A DNA stretch of 52,429 nt, filler included, from Sphacelaria rigidula (taxonomy: Eukaryota): the NCBI GenBank assembly GCA_964200075.2. It is 4 parts of 4 records of this genome, joined end to end, with 100 filler letters (N's around TTAATTAATTAA, not from the genome) between each part and the next. Parts side by side here need not be neighbours in the genome. Positions count along the whole stretch, not along the records: positions 26,271 to 39,300 come from CAXNAA020003218.1; positions 39,401 to 52,429 come from CAXNAA020003219.1; 2 more parts are not named here. One strand, written 5' to 3'. Positions 35,400-49,300 of the stretch are shown in pieces; the stretch's first letter is position 1; every line of letters starts with the position of its first letter. Made by a program: the position numbers and the translations under genes. Under the pieces are notes generated by a model, which made no database searches, was not told where the DNA came from, and saw only the letters and a list, made by a program, of their open reading frames with translations.

Positions 35400-38300
35400 C
35401 ATATTCGCTTGAACCCTCCCCCCGCCGCGGGCGCACGGCTCGCGCGCTCAATTCATCCCAAGTCAACGGCAAAGCGGGCCGTTTTCTCGACCATCCAATC
35501 TTGATTTCTCGCGAGCTATTGCTGATGCGATTGTCCAGGGGTGGCGGCTTCTTTCTGGCGGCTTCCAACGCAACAGGCTTTTGCTCGTGACTAAGTACGG
35601 AGTAGTGTAGGTTCTTACATCGTCACGCCTCCCCGAACTCGTCCGCCCCTTCCTTGACGTATAGGTTCCATTTACCCCCATTCTACACGGCAGCGGACCA
35701 AACTGGCGGGTCTCCGGCATCCATACCGTACACGAACCATTTCCTTCGCCCTCGTTTTCATTGGATAGCCCGTAAGGAACGTAATTGTTCATCGGAGGAG
35801 TTCGTTTCAGTGTTCTGCAGGCCGGTCAGACTCTTCGGGTCCTTATGCGATCAACCGTCCGAACGTGATGCGCTCCGGGAGACGCATTTTGTCCTGTTGG
35901 ACAAGGACCCCCGCAAATCTAAGTTGACGCTTGCGGGTGGTCGTCTCGACACGCAGCGTTTGGTCATCTCGTGCACTACTTCGTATGGAAGAGGCTTGTT
36001 GTAGGTAGTTCATAGACCCTCGAAGTTCTCTGGCCGGACCGTGTAGCACATCCACACAATACAGCTTCTACCGTCTTCGCTTTGAGCAACCGGGTCTTCA
36101 TAGATGGCTGAGAATTATATAGTTGAGAGCTACCCTTGGAGGGCGTGCCCACACAGCGATGCTGCTGTGTTTGATCTGATAGAAACATTCGCGTCTTCGT
36201 GACAGCATCACCCGGGGTAGAAAAACTCGACCACCTACTGCTTGTACCGTTGTCCTGTCACCTTGATGTGGAGTGCAAACTCCGAACAGCTGGGTACGGA
36301 CTATAGGTGCCTGCTCTTGGTCGTACTACCCGATACCGTTGATCCGTACTCCTGATGACCACTTCTATCACATCCAATACCCTAGCAAGTCCGTCTGGGG
36401 ACGGCGAGGCTATACTTTCGCCATCCGCGTACAGTATTCCCCACACCGGGTGCCGTATCCTCTCCAGGGGCGTCTCGTCTTTGAGAAACCATCCTCACAT
36501 TTTGGTGCATCACCTTGATACACCAAGCCTAAGACGATGACCGAGTTTGGTGCGAAAGGCCGTACGATCACATCGACCAACTTTGCGCCGAAGATGTGGC
36601 ACAGTAGCGGGGGCGAAACGGGTCCTTGATCGAGTCTCTGACAGACGTGGAGCCACTCTGACAGTCGTCATCATCCAGCCGGGTCCAAGCTTGCGTGCCA
36701 TCGTTCAATATGCATGAAACCTTGATCATGCTCGGTGGGACTCCGAAACATTCGGTGGGACTCCGAAACATGCGAGTACTTCCCACAAGAGCGTGCAGTG
36801 TACGGAGTCGTACGTCTTCCGCAGGTCGATGATGCACACGTTCAGTGTGAAACTACTCGCCCATCCCACCTCCTACACTCGGCATACTATGAACATCATG
36901 TCGGTGGTCGATCTTTTGTGTCGTAACCCACACTATTCTTTTGGGAAATTCCTTTATCCTCGTAAACACTGCATGGCCTTCTCGCTGCGATTTCGAGGAG
37001 AACTTCACCAGCATGCGTCTCAAGGAGATCCCCGCTATACTTGCCACACTCGGTTCTACCCTTGTTGTGCAGCACTTTGATGATGTTCTCTCACTCATGT
37101 GGCACCTCACCAGATGTACACACAGCAACGATGAGTGCGGAGGTGATTCAAGTCTCCAAAGGATCCCCAGCACCGATTCAAGGTTGACGAATTCAGCAGG
37201 TATCCCATCACGCCCCATTTCTTCGCCGTTAGCCATAGTTCTCAGGGTGTCTTCTGTTTCACCCAGGGTTGGCAGGTCTGCATGTGACATAGCCCTCTGC
37301 CGTAGCGTGATGCTTTCGATGACGGTTGGATCGTTAATTACCGATGTTATATCCAGCAAAGTGGAGAAGCGCCGTTTTCTCTCTCACGGATATTAAATCC
37401 CTGTACCATAGCACTTTGCCCTCCTCGCCCTTAGTGTACTCCTCGCTTTCAAATTGCTTCCCGCTGACCTTCATTCTCCTTCCATATACCCGGACTAGTC
37501 CCTCACGTACCCAATTATGCTGTAGTTCTCCAGATCCTTCGCATACACATCCAAGTACGTGTCCAACCCAACTTGGATCACCTCTCTGAGCCTCCTACAC
37601 GCTAATCGCAGGGTACACCGTGCGGGACTACCTCTTCGCCCTACTGACATCGCTGAATTTACCCTTTCCCGCACTCTCCTTGCTTCTTCGAACTCGGATC
37701 GGATTGCAGCATCCTCGAAACACCCTTGCACATGAGGCTGTCGGGCCCTGCATGATGTTATCCTTTCGGCAGATTTGATGAGTGTGCCGGCCAAGTTGGT
37801 CGCCACTTTCCCGCCCGTTTCTCCGAGTTCACCGTGCTTGAGTCCATTGGTAATACGCGCTGTGTTGTGCTGTTGTCCTATCTATTCTGGACGCCGGTGT
37901 ACACCTTTCGGTATATGTGGGCACACCAACCGGGGTCACACAGGACGACGGCCAACACAGAACTTTTCTCTTTTTTTGTTTTTGTTTTAGTTGTCCACCT
38001 TCTTTCTGCCGTGCCTGTCTTTACATTTTATCGCGAGAGGGGTTTAGCAGCCCCTTTACCTCGTCGACCGTTCAGTCAAATTATTTTGTGTACCTACGAC
38101 GCAGTCGCTCTCCAGTGCTGGGCATTGCGTGAGAAAAAATCCCAGATCGCTCCGAGATTTGGACCCACGACCCACCCGTCAAAAGGTTTCGAGGTTACCA
38201 ACTGAGCCACCGGGCCGACCGGCGCTATGAGTTGCTCACTTTCGTCCACATCAGGGGCTCTTGCTCGCCTATTTATGGATTTGCGCCCGGCGTGGGTTCA

Positions 38301-38900
38301 CCCATGTCTGTTGCGGCTGAATTTTTCAAGGGGTCGCGCTGTGCGAAGACTGTGCTGTGATCTGAGTCCCCTGGTCCGGCGAGTTGGGCGATTGCAAGTG
38401 GACAACGACATTACCACCGGGCCGGAGGTGAACTTGCCTTGTGCTGACGTAGTCAATACCATTCTGCGTACGCGATGTGCCTCCATTGAGGGTAGAAATA
38501 CACGACATGACCAGGGAAATCATGTTGCCGCCTATAAATGGTAAAAAAGCACGGTCGTTGCTATTACTGACCCAAAACGCCTCGACTAGAGAAACTCCGT
38601 TGTCATCTGTAGGTTGTAATGGAGCAGCGCTATTGCTGTCGCTGGCCCGGGAGCCCCTCCGACATGCCGTCGCCATTGCATGCTCACCCTCTTTCGCTAC
38701 TATCACAGGCCTAGCGTCAGCCTCTACAAAAAAAACGAGTGGTTGTTGTGGAGTACTCGACGCAAAGTGCTGTCCAACTTAGTCCGGCATATGTCCCCCT
38801 CGTCTCTTGACCTTAACGTCTATGTGGGGGCATAGGAAAAGACAAGCGTAACGACGTTCGATTTGCTTGTCAGGTTGAACGTCATCGACATGAGGTACTC
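35400..38900 (-). mobile_element. Decayed non-LTR retrotransposon (RTE-like LINE: APE endonuclease plus RT)
   Basis: Minus-strand fragments: endonuclease-like (...GIDYVSTRQ, SDH) at ~38330-38600; RT-like LPTLGETEDTLRTMANG..GRDGIPAEF (~37190-37280), FGVPPSMIKV..NDG (~36700) and WGILYADG (~36420); RTE-type C-terminus RKRQLRFAGVLV...RLPERITFG (~35860-35950). Boundaries approximate. Confidence 0.8.
37856..38223 (-). mobile_element. tRNA-derived SINE-like repeat (copy 2), inserted in the LINE
   Basis: Collinear homology to 5286-5625 (e.g. GGTTTCGAGGTTAC.AACTGAGCCACCGGG and TTTTATCGCGAGAGGGGTT); it interrupts the LINE between endonuclease and RT. Confidence 0.8.
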
Positions 38901-39300
38901 ACTGAAGGACACCTGTGTATCGATCAAGCACTGACGTACTTTCCTCGATTTTGTGTCATATTTTCCTTCCCCTTCCCCCCGTCATCAGCACACCCCCCTC
39001 ATCGGGACGAGTCCATAGTCTCAAGGGCGAGGGATCAACCCATCTCTCCAACGATACCTGCATAAAAAATGATTCAAGGAACATTGGGCCAGCACTTTCA
39101 TCTACCCGCCGACTGCCATCAATTTTTTCTTGTTCACTCACGTCCTCATGTTTCCCACAACGGAACCTAGGATAATAAAATCTTTACTCTCGGGATTCGA
39201 ACCCCCCCCGATGGGTTGGCGATGCGAGGTCAATGGTCTTATGACTATGGCATGCATGATCATGAGTACACCCCCCCCCCTCCCCCCCTGAAATACGTTT

Positions 39301-39400
39301 NNNNNNNNNNNNNNNNNNNNNNNNNNNNNNNNNNNNNNNNNNNNTTAATTAATTAANNNNNNNNNNNNNNNNNNNNNNNNNNNNNNNNNNNNNNNNNNNN
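39301..39400. other. Artificial contig spacer
   Basis: N44-TTAATTAATTAA-N44. Confidence 0.98.
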
Positions 39401-40357
39401 AGCCCCTGAACCAGACAACATTTCGCGAAAAAAGTGCACCCCTACCGTAGCATTGCTCTGTTGCCGAACATGTTTCGCGGGGTGCCGATAGTCGCTATCC
39501 GATGGCCGATAGCCATCAAGTCTTCATCTTGGCAAGCAATATGCAATACAGAACCGACCCGAGCAGTAACTAAGACGAGTACGGTGGGTCACGAACTCAA
39601 GGTGAAGCTTTCAGGTCAAGTGGTGGTGTGAATAGAATCGGTCTGGACTACTTTTTTTCCGTGCATTCCATGTTTTCGTTGTACTGGTCGTACCTGCCCT
39701 TCGTCGGAATGTGTCCTTTGTCTTGAGGGATATAACCCGCCGCTCCTTCGGCACGGCACACGCCGTGCAGATTGAAGTTACATTCTCGCATTGCGTCGAC
39801 TTTACTCTCTCGCCGGATATTTTGTCCTTACTGGCTTCTTGCTTCTTGCTTCTTGCTCCTTGTTTCTTGCTTTTTACCTCCTCACATGTTCAACGTTGGA
39901 ATAAATCTACCTCTTACGAAAAACAAAACAAAAACGAAGTCACATCTGAGGGGATTCGAACCGGCCTCCTTCCGTCCGAACTGATAAGTCAGACTACCCT
40001 AACCCTAACCGCTGAACAATTGATCCTTCACTCTTATAGTCGTGCATACACAAATGATATTGCGGGACAGGAAAGGCTATGAAATGAGGGGTGTACCTGG
40101 GCCCAGATAGTGTTTGGTGTTGTCAAAACTAGCGGGCCGCTCCTGGGCACACACATATACATGACCCTTTCCCCACTTGATCCCATCATATAGAGTTTAC
40201 ACGTTCATCGTTTGAGCTTCGACCGTGTTTGCTGACAGCCTACATCAAGAACAAGAGCAGGAGCGAGGCGAACGATGCGAAACCAAAAACAAACTGGGAC
40301 TACTTTCCGGGCACGGAGTAGTCCAGTAACCTAGTAGGGCCTCGAGTTCAGTCTTAC

Positions 40358-43300
40358 CTTTGCTGTGTTCTCGTCTAGGTTGCGAATGGTCTGAAAGACG
40401 CACAGCACGACCACCGTAAGAGAGGACAGACGAAGCAAAGAGCGACAGGAAAACGACCGGGGATCGAGGGGATGGAGGCACACGCGGGCGCGGTGGACAA
40501 GGCGGGGGAGACGGAGGAGTAGGTGAATTACAGCCGCTTGAACAGTGTAGACTCACGTACTGCGCACGACAGTACACTCTGATATGCGAGCACAAGCCCT
40601 GCAGCTGAGATAGGATACATGGTATATATGACCTGAGCCTCTCTAGCACAACGGTCCGGTAGCAGCGGATTTCCGTACCTCCGGCTTGCAAGCCTTGAGA
40701 GCAGCAACAGCGAGAGGCGAAGTGAGCACGACCAAGGCGCACCCCGTGAAGCGAACTGCCGCCATTGCAACTGCCACGAAATAGGCACAGAGAACGAGAG
40801 CGTAGTACAGCGCTTGGCTGGCACGGAAACCAATCATCTGCAAGGAAGGGACAAAAGCGAAGCAATAGTAGAACAACACACGGGGGGAGACTGAAACGAT
40901 CACGCAAGCAAGAAAATCGATCGCATCTTGTTCAGCCAGAACAAAGGACGTCAGCCCTGCAACTCTGAGAACGCAGCAGCACTTTCTTTCACGGTTAGGA
41001 CGAATCAGAGTTCAAACGAGTCGACTCCTCATAATGTAAAAGCAGCCATGCGGTATCAAGTGTTGGTCCCGCTGAGTCGAGGGTGGATAACACATATGCA
41101 GCGCAGTCATGCTGCGCGCATTACAGCTGTGAGAAAATTGCGCGTGGTTCAGGGCCCATCGGAAGCGAAGATTTACCCTGTACAAGTTGTTGGTCCCGCA
41201 GTAGCCCGAAGGTGGGGAAAATGTACGGGCGCTCACCTCGAACGACTTGGTCAAGCAAGTTGTACATGACGTTCCCGACTCATGATTGTAAGAAGTGCGT
41301 GGCATGTACAATCAATGTATTCAAATTTGCAGCGCAGGGTTGACTATGTGCCCACTATTTACCCCGGTATTCATGGAAGGCAGGAAGTGGGTATCTTTGG
41401 GTTATACTGCACGACGCACGAGCTGAGAAGCTGTACGAATAACACATGATGTACGAATAGTATGATTTGTTTGTTGAAATGATGAATATGAGTTGAATCA
41501 CGAGTTTAGCCGTCCTAACCCGTGCTTTCTTTCACCGGACCGACCTGAGAGCCCGCGCTATTTACGATTGTGCTTTTGCCAGCCGCGCCCATTTTTTCTC
41601 AGCGTTGTCTGCTGTTGAAAGAACAACGATTCCCGCTGTTGAATTTCTTGACCGCATAGCAGTCCATTTACGTCTGCGTACAGGCTTAGGCTTGTTCACG
41701 CTCATCACCCAGACGTCACTCATCATCCGCAAAACTTCACGCCGTTTTCTGGAGTTAGACTATGTTAGTCCGAAAATATGCACACATACACCACAGGTCA
41801 TTACGAAACGTTCCGAGATTGGGGTCGTGCGATGATTTTTTCCTTCTTTCACCGGGGACCTGGCAGATCAAATGAACTTCTGAGACCCCCGATAACTGGT
41901 GAGAAACAAAGAATTCGGAAGACCCCAATCTTCGAAAGTGTGTATTGAGCCTGTACTATATTCGTGCAAAATTCCAGAGTCCAACTCCAAAGTACGACAC
42001 AATTTGTAATCGCTTCTGTGCGATGAAGTGAGTTCAAAAGGTAAAAAGTCCCTACTACTTGACAGTGAACATGGCATACGGTATCAACACCGTCAAGACC
42101 ATCAAATACAACTTGTCGGCTGTGTTTATCGTGAAAGCGATCCCACGGTATCAGTTTGCCACTTACGCAGCGAAGGCTTTTACTAATATTCACTGGGCTA
42201 CCTCGGGATGCAACTATATTTTTCTCAAGTAATTAAGTACCGGTTTCTAGGGGTCTTCATGCCGGGATACCCGGAAGCCGGTAAAGGGCGGAGAAACTCT
42301 GAAATGGTCTTGAACAGTACATTTTTCTACTTGGAGCATCAGTACCCACCGAACTGTCAATGTTGAGGGCGATCTGAGCTTTTTTACGACAGATGTTAGG
42401 GAAATCGTCAGGAGGATTTCGGGTCTTTGGTGCACATCACCAGCGGAAATGCGACATCGTCAAAACCCCGCATGACGGGAATACCACCGTTTGCGGTATA
42501 ATTCGATCCCACAGTTTCCGTTTACGAATCTGTTCTGTTCGCCATATGATTCCCGACATGATGACCGTCGCTGCGATTTGAAGTATGTGATGATTGTGTG
42601 ACAATTGTATTGACAATTCGCATTTAAACGACACAACAATTGGAAGGGCGCTGAGTTGTCGAGGGACTTTGTCGTTTTCAGTGCCACTTTGTAGCCTTAA
42701 ACAGGAATCCGGTTATATCGCCCTCTTCAGTTGCCCATGGCGGTCGGTATGACACCATGCATGCAACCACTGGGTAGGTTTTGCGAAACGCATTTGCCGA
42801 TCAGTGAATTTTGCAAGGCTGTGCTCTGTGGGGTACAGGTATATTTGGTAGGGTGTGAGCTTCCATACATGATTCACGGAAATGTCGGGTACCGGTCTGG
42901 CAGTCTTATAGAGCTTACAGAACCTGTTGGGTACGCTAAGGGGGTGGTACAGAGACCCTTAGCCACAATCGTGTATTTCTGCAAGGGTATAGCCGTACCC
43001 CGGGTAAAGGTAAATACCCGTATATACAAACAACGCACCATACATAACGGTATAACCCTGAAATATTCCGGAACGATTCTTCGATACATCATGGTTCTAG
43101 TTTATTTTCTCCATATGATTCCCGGTTAGGATGGTTATAGAGAAATAAATATCCAAGGCTGTGTTCTGGGTATTGTCGGTAAGGTATGACATTTCTTACA
43201 CCATTCACAGAATTATCGGGTACCAGTATGAAGTCTTACAGAACTTGGCAGGACCTGTAGGGTACGGAATAGGGGTCGCACAGAAACCCGTACCCGCGAT

Positions 43301-46300
43301 CGGTATTTTTACAAGGATGTAGCCGTACCCCGGGTACAGGTAAAATTCTCGTACGGATCTCACGGCACTGTCGGGTACCGGTATAAGAAGCTTACAGAAC
43401 TTACAGAACTGCCAGGTACCGGTATGAGAGACTATAATAACTCACGGAATTGTCGGATGCGGGCGATACCCGGGTAAAAGCACCTTGAACAAAAAGTCCT
43501 GTACAGAACACAGCCTTGGAATGGTGGGCGATCAGCGTAAATAAGCCTGTACTTGTATACCAGCGCATCTCTTTGTGTAATGAACTTCGTACACGGTTGC
43601 TTCTACACTATTTACTGTCCGCACAAGACGCCAACCTCTCGGGGGTAAGAGGGCTAAGCGTAAACAAAGCAAGAATAGCCCTTAAAGCGGCGGTCCTTCA
43701 CCTGAAGCTTTCACCTGCGCAGCAAAATCCGGAAGCTGTGAAACATAAATACGGGCCCACACGCGAACGGCATGCAGTCATCAACATATCGAGGGTCATC
43801 ATCTATGACATGGGCACACCCGCCTCACAGAGAACGTACGTAACTATACATGAGACCCCATGCTCGGTATACCACCCCCGCTCTCCCCAAACAACACCCC
43901 GGTGTAAAACGTTCTCGGCTATCTTTTGTGCGATACCTGTGCCTGTAGTATCATACGGAGGTATTTGCATTTTACTCACACATTGACAAATATCACGCCC
44001 TGGTGAAAAAACATTCGGGTCCTAAAGGTCATTTCCCAGAGGTCGTGTACACTGTTATGGGCGCGCCTGACCCCCCAAAATGAGCCAAAAAAGTGTCACC
44101 AACCGAAAGCACGAACAGATCGGAGACGTCGTTCATCCCCCGATTGTGCACGCCGTTAAATCCCTCAAAGTACTCGTGATTTGAGCGGGATTTCCATTTC
44201 ACAGCTTCGAATTTTTCTCGTTCCGGAGTACGAACCACGGCGTGGCTCGGCTACTCACTGGCGTGTATTTGTCCAAGGTGCAATCTGACCGGATCGTTTT
44301 ACCGAAGAAGTTACGGTGATCGAGAAAATCGCGAGAAAAAAGGAAACATTTAACTTTTAATAAAATTCGCATCCTGATGATTTTTTTTTTTAATCCGGTC
44401 AAGTTGTAGCTGTTGGCTTGGCCGAGATGATGCAAAAATTTGCATCCCAGTCGATGGCCTTGGCGACGAGTAATCGACCTGCCAGTCTGGGTTATGATGG
44501 CAAACAAGCGCCTCCGACCCTCGCCGGTCGAAAACCTCACCCCTGTCCAACGGCCTCAGAATAGATGCAAAATAGAAACACCCATGAACGACTCTTGATA
44601 GTGCAGATGGCTGATACACCGCAGATGTGGAATGTTCGACAGATATAGAATGTGAACCTTCGACCGAACCCCCAGAGGCAAGAGTCATCTTCGCGACCTC
44701 GCAGCAGCGAAGAGAACAAATTATAACACAAACCCTAACCCTAACCACGACGAAGGCATACCGAAAACCCTCGCGCAAGGGGGGTGCCACGTGTTCCCTC
44801 GCCGAAGGGTGCGTTGCCAGACCTCAAATCGGCGCTCCAAGCCCCGATTTACACAAAAACGCGTTCTGGGCACGCTAGGAGCACAGCCCCCATGAAAGAT
44901 CCGGAGTTCGGTTTCCAAACTAAGATCAAGATGGACCAACTTACCCTCCCGAATGCTAAACTATACTCGTCAAGACGACACAGGAGACAGCATAAAGTCG
45001 TCGGCCCACTTTCGCTGAAGCCACACGACACCGAAGCCCCATTTATGTCGTTCAGTGGACCGACCATCATAAGACACGCATTTGTTGTTTTGGCACTGGT
45101 GGGTGATGGACGACCGTTTGTCTTCATTCCCTCTTGCAACAAAATATATTCGGAGTCCGATTAACCCCTAAACCGGGAAGGCAGTCCATCTGGACCATGC
45201 ATACTTTTTTTCAAGAGAAAAATGATGCCGATCTAGCATGTGACCAACGGTCGCGGTCAAAATGTTAATTTATATAAATTCATGAAATGAAAAGCTATGC
45301 CCACGGAATAACAAATACCCCCGCACAAGGCGCGTCATTCATCCGCCAAAGGCTGGGAAATGATGGCAGCCGATAAATCAAGCTCCTCAAAAAATGACGA
45401 GGTGTAGACCAACACCCGCCCAGCCCACATCACACAGCCGGTGACTATTTGTACTCCACTCCTCTGTGTAAGGGCCGTCGTGGTTGAAGTTTATCAGTAC
45501 ATATGGCTCTGTCGAATGTTGAGCACATCATGTTGGCCCAATTTCGATCCACATCCCCCCGCAAAAAAAAAGGTTCAGCTTCCTGATTTCAGCTATCGGC
45601 GTTGGGCTACAAATGTTTATGGTTAATATTACTTGATTTGAGTGTGTACAACGAGAATCGGAATTTTAGTAGGGCTGACAGTTCCGTGTGCTCCTCGGGT
45701 GCGCAGAACGTGTTTTCGTTGAAATCGGCGCCACAGGCGCCGATTTGGGGTCTACCGAGGCCTCACTTTGTTCAGGGAATGTATGTACCGCCCTTGCCCG
45801 AGTGTTCTCGGTGTGCGTTGTGTTGGGTCAGCCCAACTAGCCTCCTTTTATGCCAGGGTATCGCAGCGCGGACGAAAAGCGACGCAGTGGCATGTAATAT
45901 ATGAGGAACAACGGAAATAGCGGTAGGGTTCTGATTCTAGAATGCAGTCCACTTTTTCTCCATGTGAAATTTGGATCCATGCCGTTCTCTTCCGATGATG
46001 TAAGGCACATTTTACCCCCACGAGCCTGGATAAGCCCCAGAAGTCGTCTTGTTCCTGTCTGTTCGTGATATTGGTCGGTGACACTTTTTTTTGCCCATTT
46101 TGGGGGGTCAGGCGCGTCCATAACTTTTCATCAATACATATAGGCTGGGCCGCCCAAGTAGCCGACTTTCCTTCAGCCGACTCTAGCTGACGATGCATCG
46201 CGAATTGTGCCCACGATAACACATGGTGGTAATCTGCGAATCAACGCGCGCCTTTCATTCTGCGTAGCACGGCGATCCGACAATGTTTTTGTCAATTGAA

Positions 46301-49300
46301 ATACCAAACTGTAGCCAGTTGCGAAGTGTAGAGAGTTGAAGGTGACATGTACGACGGATTTAGGGGGGAAGGGGGAGGGGAAATCGTATTTTCGGTTACA
46401 GTCGGTTGTGCCGCGGCCACAAAGCGGTGGTGCTGCAAAATCTGTGGATGTACAACAATGCATGTGGTACTGTAGGCGCGAAGCATCTGAGATGGCACGC
46501 AGACGAGGCCTCCAGTGCGCCAAGGCGTCTGGTAGCAGTGTGCAAACCGGTGAGCAGTGGGTGAAAGAAAGCTTGTACAGAACGTTAAAGTTCCGGCTAA
46601 GGTTGTTGTAGTCTAAAAGCAAGTCAACCGGTACTCAACAGCAAAACGCGGTTGCGCTGCCCAATTTTGAGTTGTTTACTATGACATTTTGACATGATGC
46701 ACGTAAGGTATGTGCAAAGCCCCTACTGTTATCCCTTCGTGTTCTTGTTTTTTTTTCTCGTGAGAAATCGGTAATCCGAATTTCGGGACATTTGTTTTCG
46801 GGACAAAATCCTCGATAAGTCACTGAACACAAAAGGTCAAGGGGGGGATTAGGGTACTTGAACATAGCTCCAGCACATCGTGCCAAAGTTGAATGTAAAA
46901 GAACTTGAAACTGAACGGCGTAACCACCGTTTAGAGTTTCCTTTTCCCATCGTGGCTGGTCCATCTCTGCATGGTAACCGGTTTTCGACACGAGAACGTG
47001 ATTATACAGCTCAATTTTCAGTCGTTTACTATGAAACTTTGACACGATTTACAGGACGTATGTGCGAAGACCCCATATTTCCCCCCCTCCTTTTTTTTCC
47101 CCATAAGCTTTTAGCGACGGAGCATTTCACAACATTTTTTCGGAACTATATCAGAAATTACTCGTGAAGAAAAAAAATGTAGGGGAGGCGAGATGGAGTC
47201 TTTGAACGCACGCCCTGTACGTCGTGTGAAAATTTCATTGAAAACGATCCAAAATTGAGCAGTATAATCGCTCGTCAATATTCCTGGTCGCGTCTTGGGC
47301 GGCCCAGCCTGCAGTATAGAGAATAACGTACGGGTGATTGTGCGAGCCTTTCGCCACGGAACAAGGTGTCCAGGCGGGTTGTCACAAAAAAAAACACTAG
47401 AATTTTTCAAAGCAGATCGAGTGTTTCCGTTTCAGCTATTCACTTTGGTACGCACATCTTGTCAACGATAACCCCGGTAAGAACGTAGGTCATTCCCAAT
47501 GGATCAGTTAACGCGCGGCGAATGATCAATCAATTATCATATGCCACCCCCACGCTGCATGAAACGTAACCCACCGTTGCAAGGGTTGAAATCCCGGCCC
47601 TCCTATCCTGCTCTATGTCTCGCATGTTGTTGGCGTGAAGGATGGCCTCGGTCAATAAAGCAGCGGGAGCACCATACGGCAGCACCCAGTGCTGAACTTC
47701 ACCACTCATCAGTAATGCGGCAACCTGCGCAGGAGTATAGACGCAGACACGGAATATATGTAGTACAGCGAAATAAAGGTACCAGGGTGGGTCCTTGTCC
47801 CAAAACACGCCAAGCTACAAGCGACAAGACGTCGTCCTTCCCCATCGTTCCCAGAACGTTCATGCGGAACGGATGTTCCGTCACCTCGGGCCATCCTCTA
47901 TTTCCGGGACCGGAGTATCGTCATCCTCCATGGATGGTGCTGCAGATCACAGGCCTGCCCCTTCCCGCCACTTGTCCGCACGCACACACGCGGTAGAGTA
48001 TGACACACAAGAGCGAAAACGGTGCCTGGTCGCGACGGCTTCCCAGCCCCTTGACCCACGAGATGATCGCCCCCAAGCCTCGTGAAGTAGAATCGAAACT
48101 TTCAGAGGGAACTGTTTCGATGACGGTCGACAGGCTGGGAGAGTCGTCATGATCCAAAACTCAATGGCAAACAGATAGGGTAGGTACTGAACCGGGGAAA
48201 AGATCAGTTGATACCTTGAGACAACGCCCTCACACAGAAAAAGGAAGGGGACCAGTACATTTGGCAGCAATAATAATAGAAGGTAGTATTTACGAGTACA
48301 GAACGCGTGAGAAACGGGGACGGTGAGTGGTGCGATCCAAAAATAACACACGATGTACAGTAAAACTCAGGAGCCATCGCCCGCTCATCACCGTGTCAAA
48401 AAGCAGGGCCGCCTAATTGCCGGCACACACGCGGTACGGTATAACGCATGGCGGGGGGTAGATGGATCAATCCCACACCATCATCAGAAAGCCAAACACA
48501 TCCATGTCCAGTCTTGAGTTGCTTAAGTACTGTGTATACTATAGCATAGCGTTGCACAAACTGTCAGTCTTCACACATGGCCCTGTTGGTGTAATTCATG
48601 TATTTCTAGTGCAGTAACAAGCCGGGAACGAAAAACGCCCGGAGCATTGGTCAGGATTCACCGGGCCACACAGCCTGTTCGTTCGAAAACCAAATCTGGG
48701 CGTGACAAGAAAGCAAGCGAGCAAACAAGCAAGCAAGGCAGCGGAACTGACCTGCATGAGCATCGGGCCGAATAACAGGAACACCGTGACGTCTCCCAGC
48801 CCACGGTATTTCAGCCTGTCAGCGCCCGAGAAACAATGTGTTTGGCTTCAGCCGCTTCAGTGACTCATGGAGAAAATCACGAGCACGATGCGATTCTCGC
48901 ACGAACCTCAAACCCCAAGCCAAACCACAGAGAGTAACGTGTTACAAAACCATCTGCTGTTGAGTTCAATATTGTATGGCATCTCCGACACTTCCAAGTG
49001 TCTGGCGCTGTGTGTGCCAAATCCTACGAGTAGGGGCGACTTCGCGATCCAACCAGCGTAGTCCGAACGGAACGGAACCCTCAACTCTCCGACACTGGAT
49101 CTAAAATCTCAACATGACACTAGCAACTCCACCTGAAAGGCCAGCAAGTGTAGGAAAATACCATCGCCACGCCCGCCCAGAAAGTCAGCTGCAACTCGCG
49201 TGCTTGACCCTGGGCCTGCAGATCCAAAATGGTTGGCACAACCGCAGCCAAGGCGAACCCCAACAGCACAACGGCTAGAACGAGCGCTACCCTAGGACTG

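Noticed and set aside
39515..39607. Possible last UBIAD1 exon (LHLEFVTH...)
   Set aside because: The start fits TAK-LHL, but the rest lacks the expected hydrophobic helix in frame; too uncertain to include.
39997..40010. Telomere-like CCCTAACCCTAACC (also at ~44733)
   Set aside because: Only two units, internal, and lying within repeats; insufficient to call an interstitial telomere.
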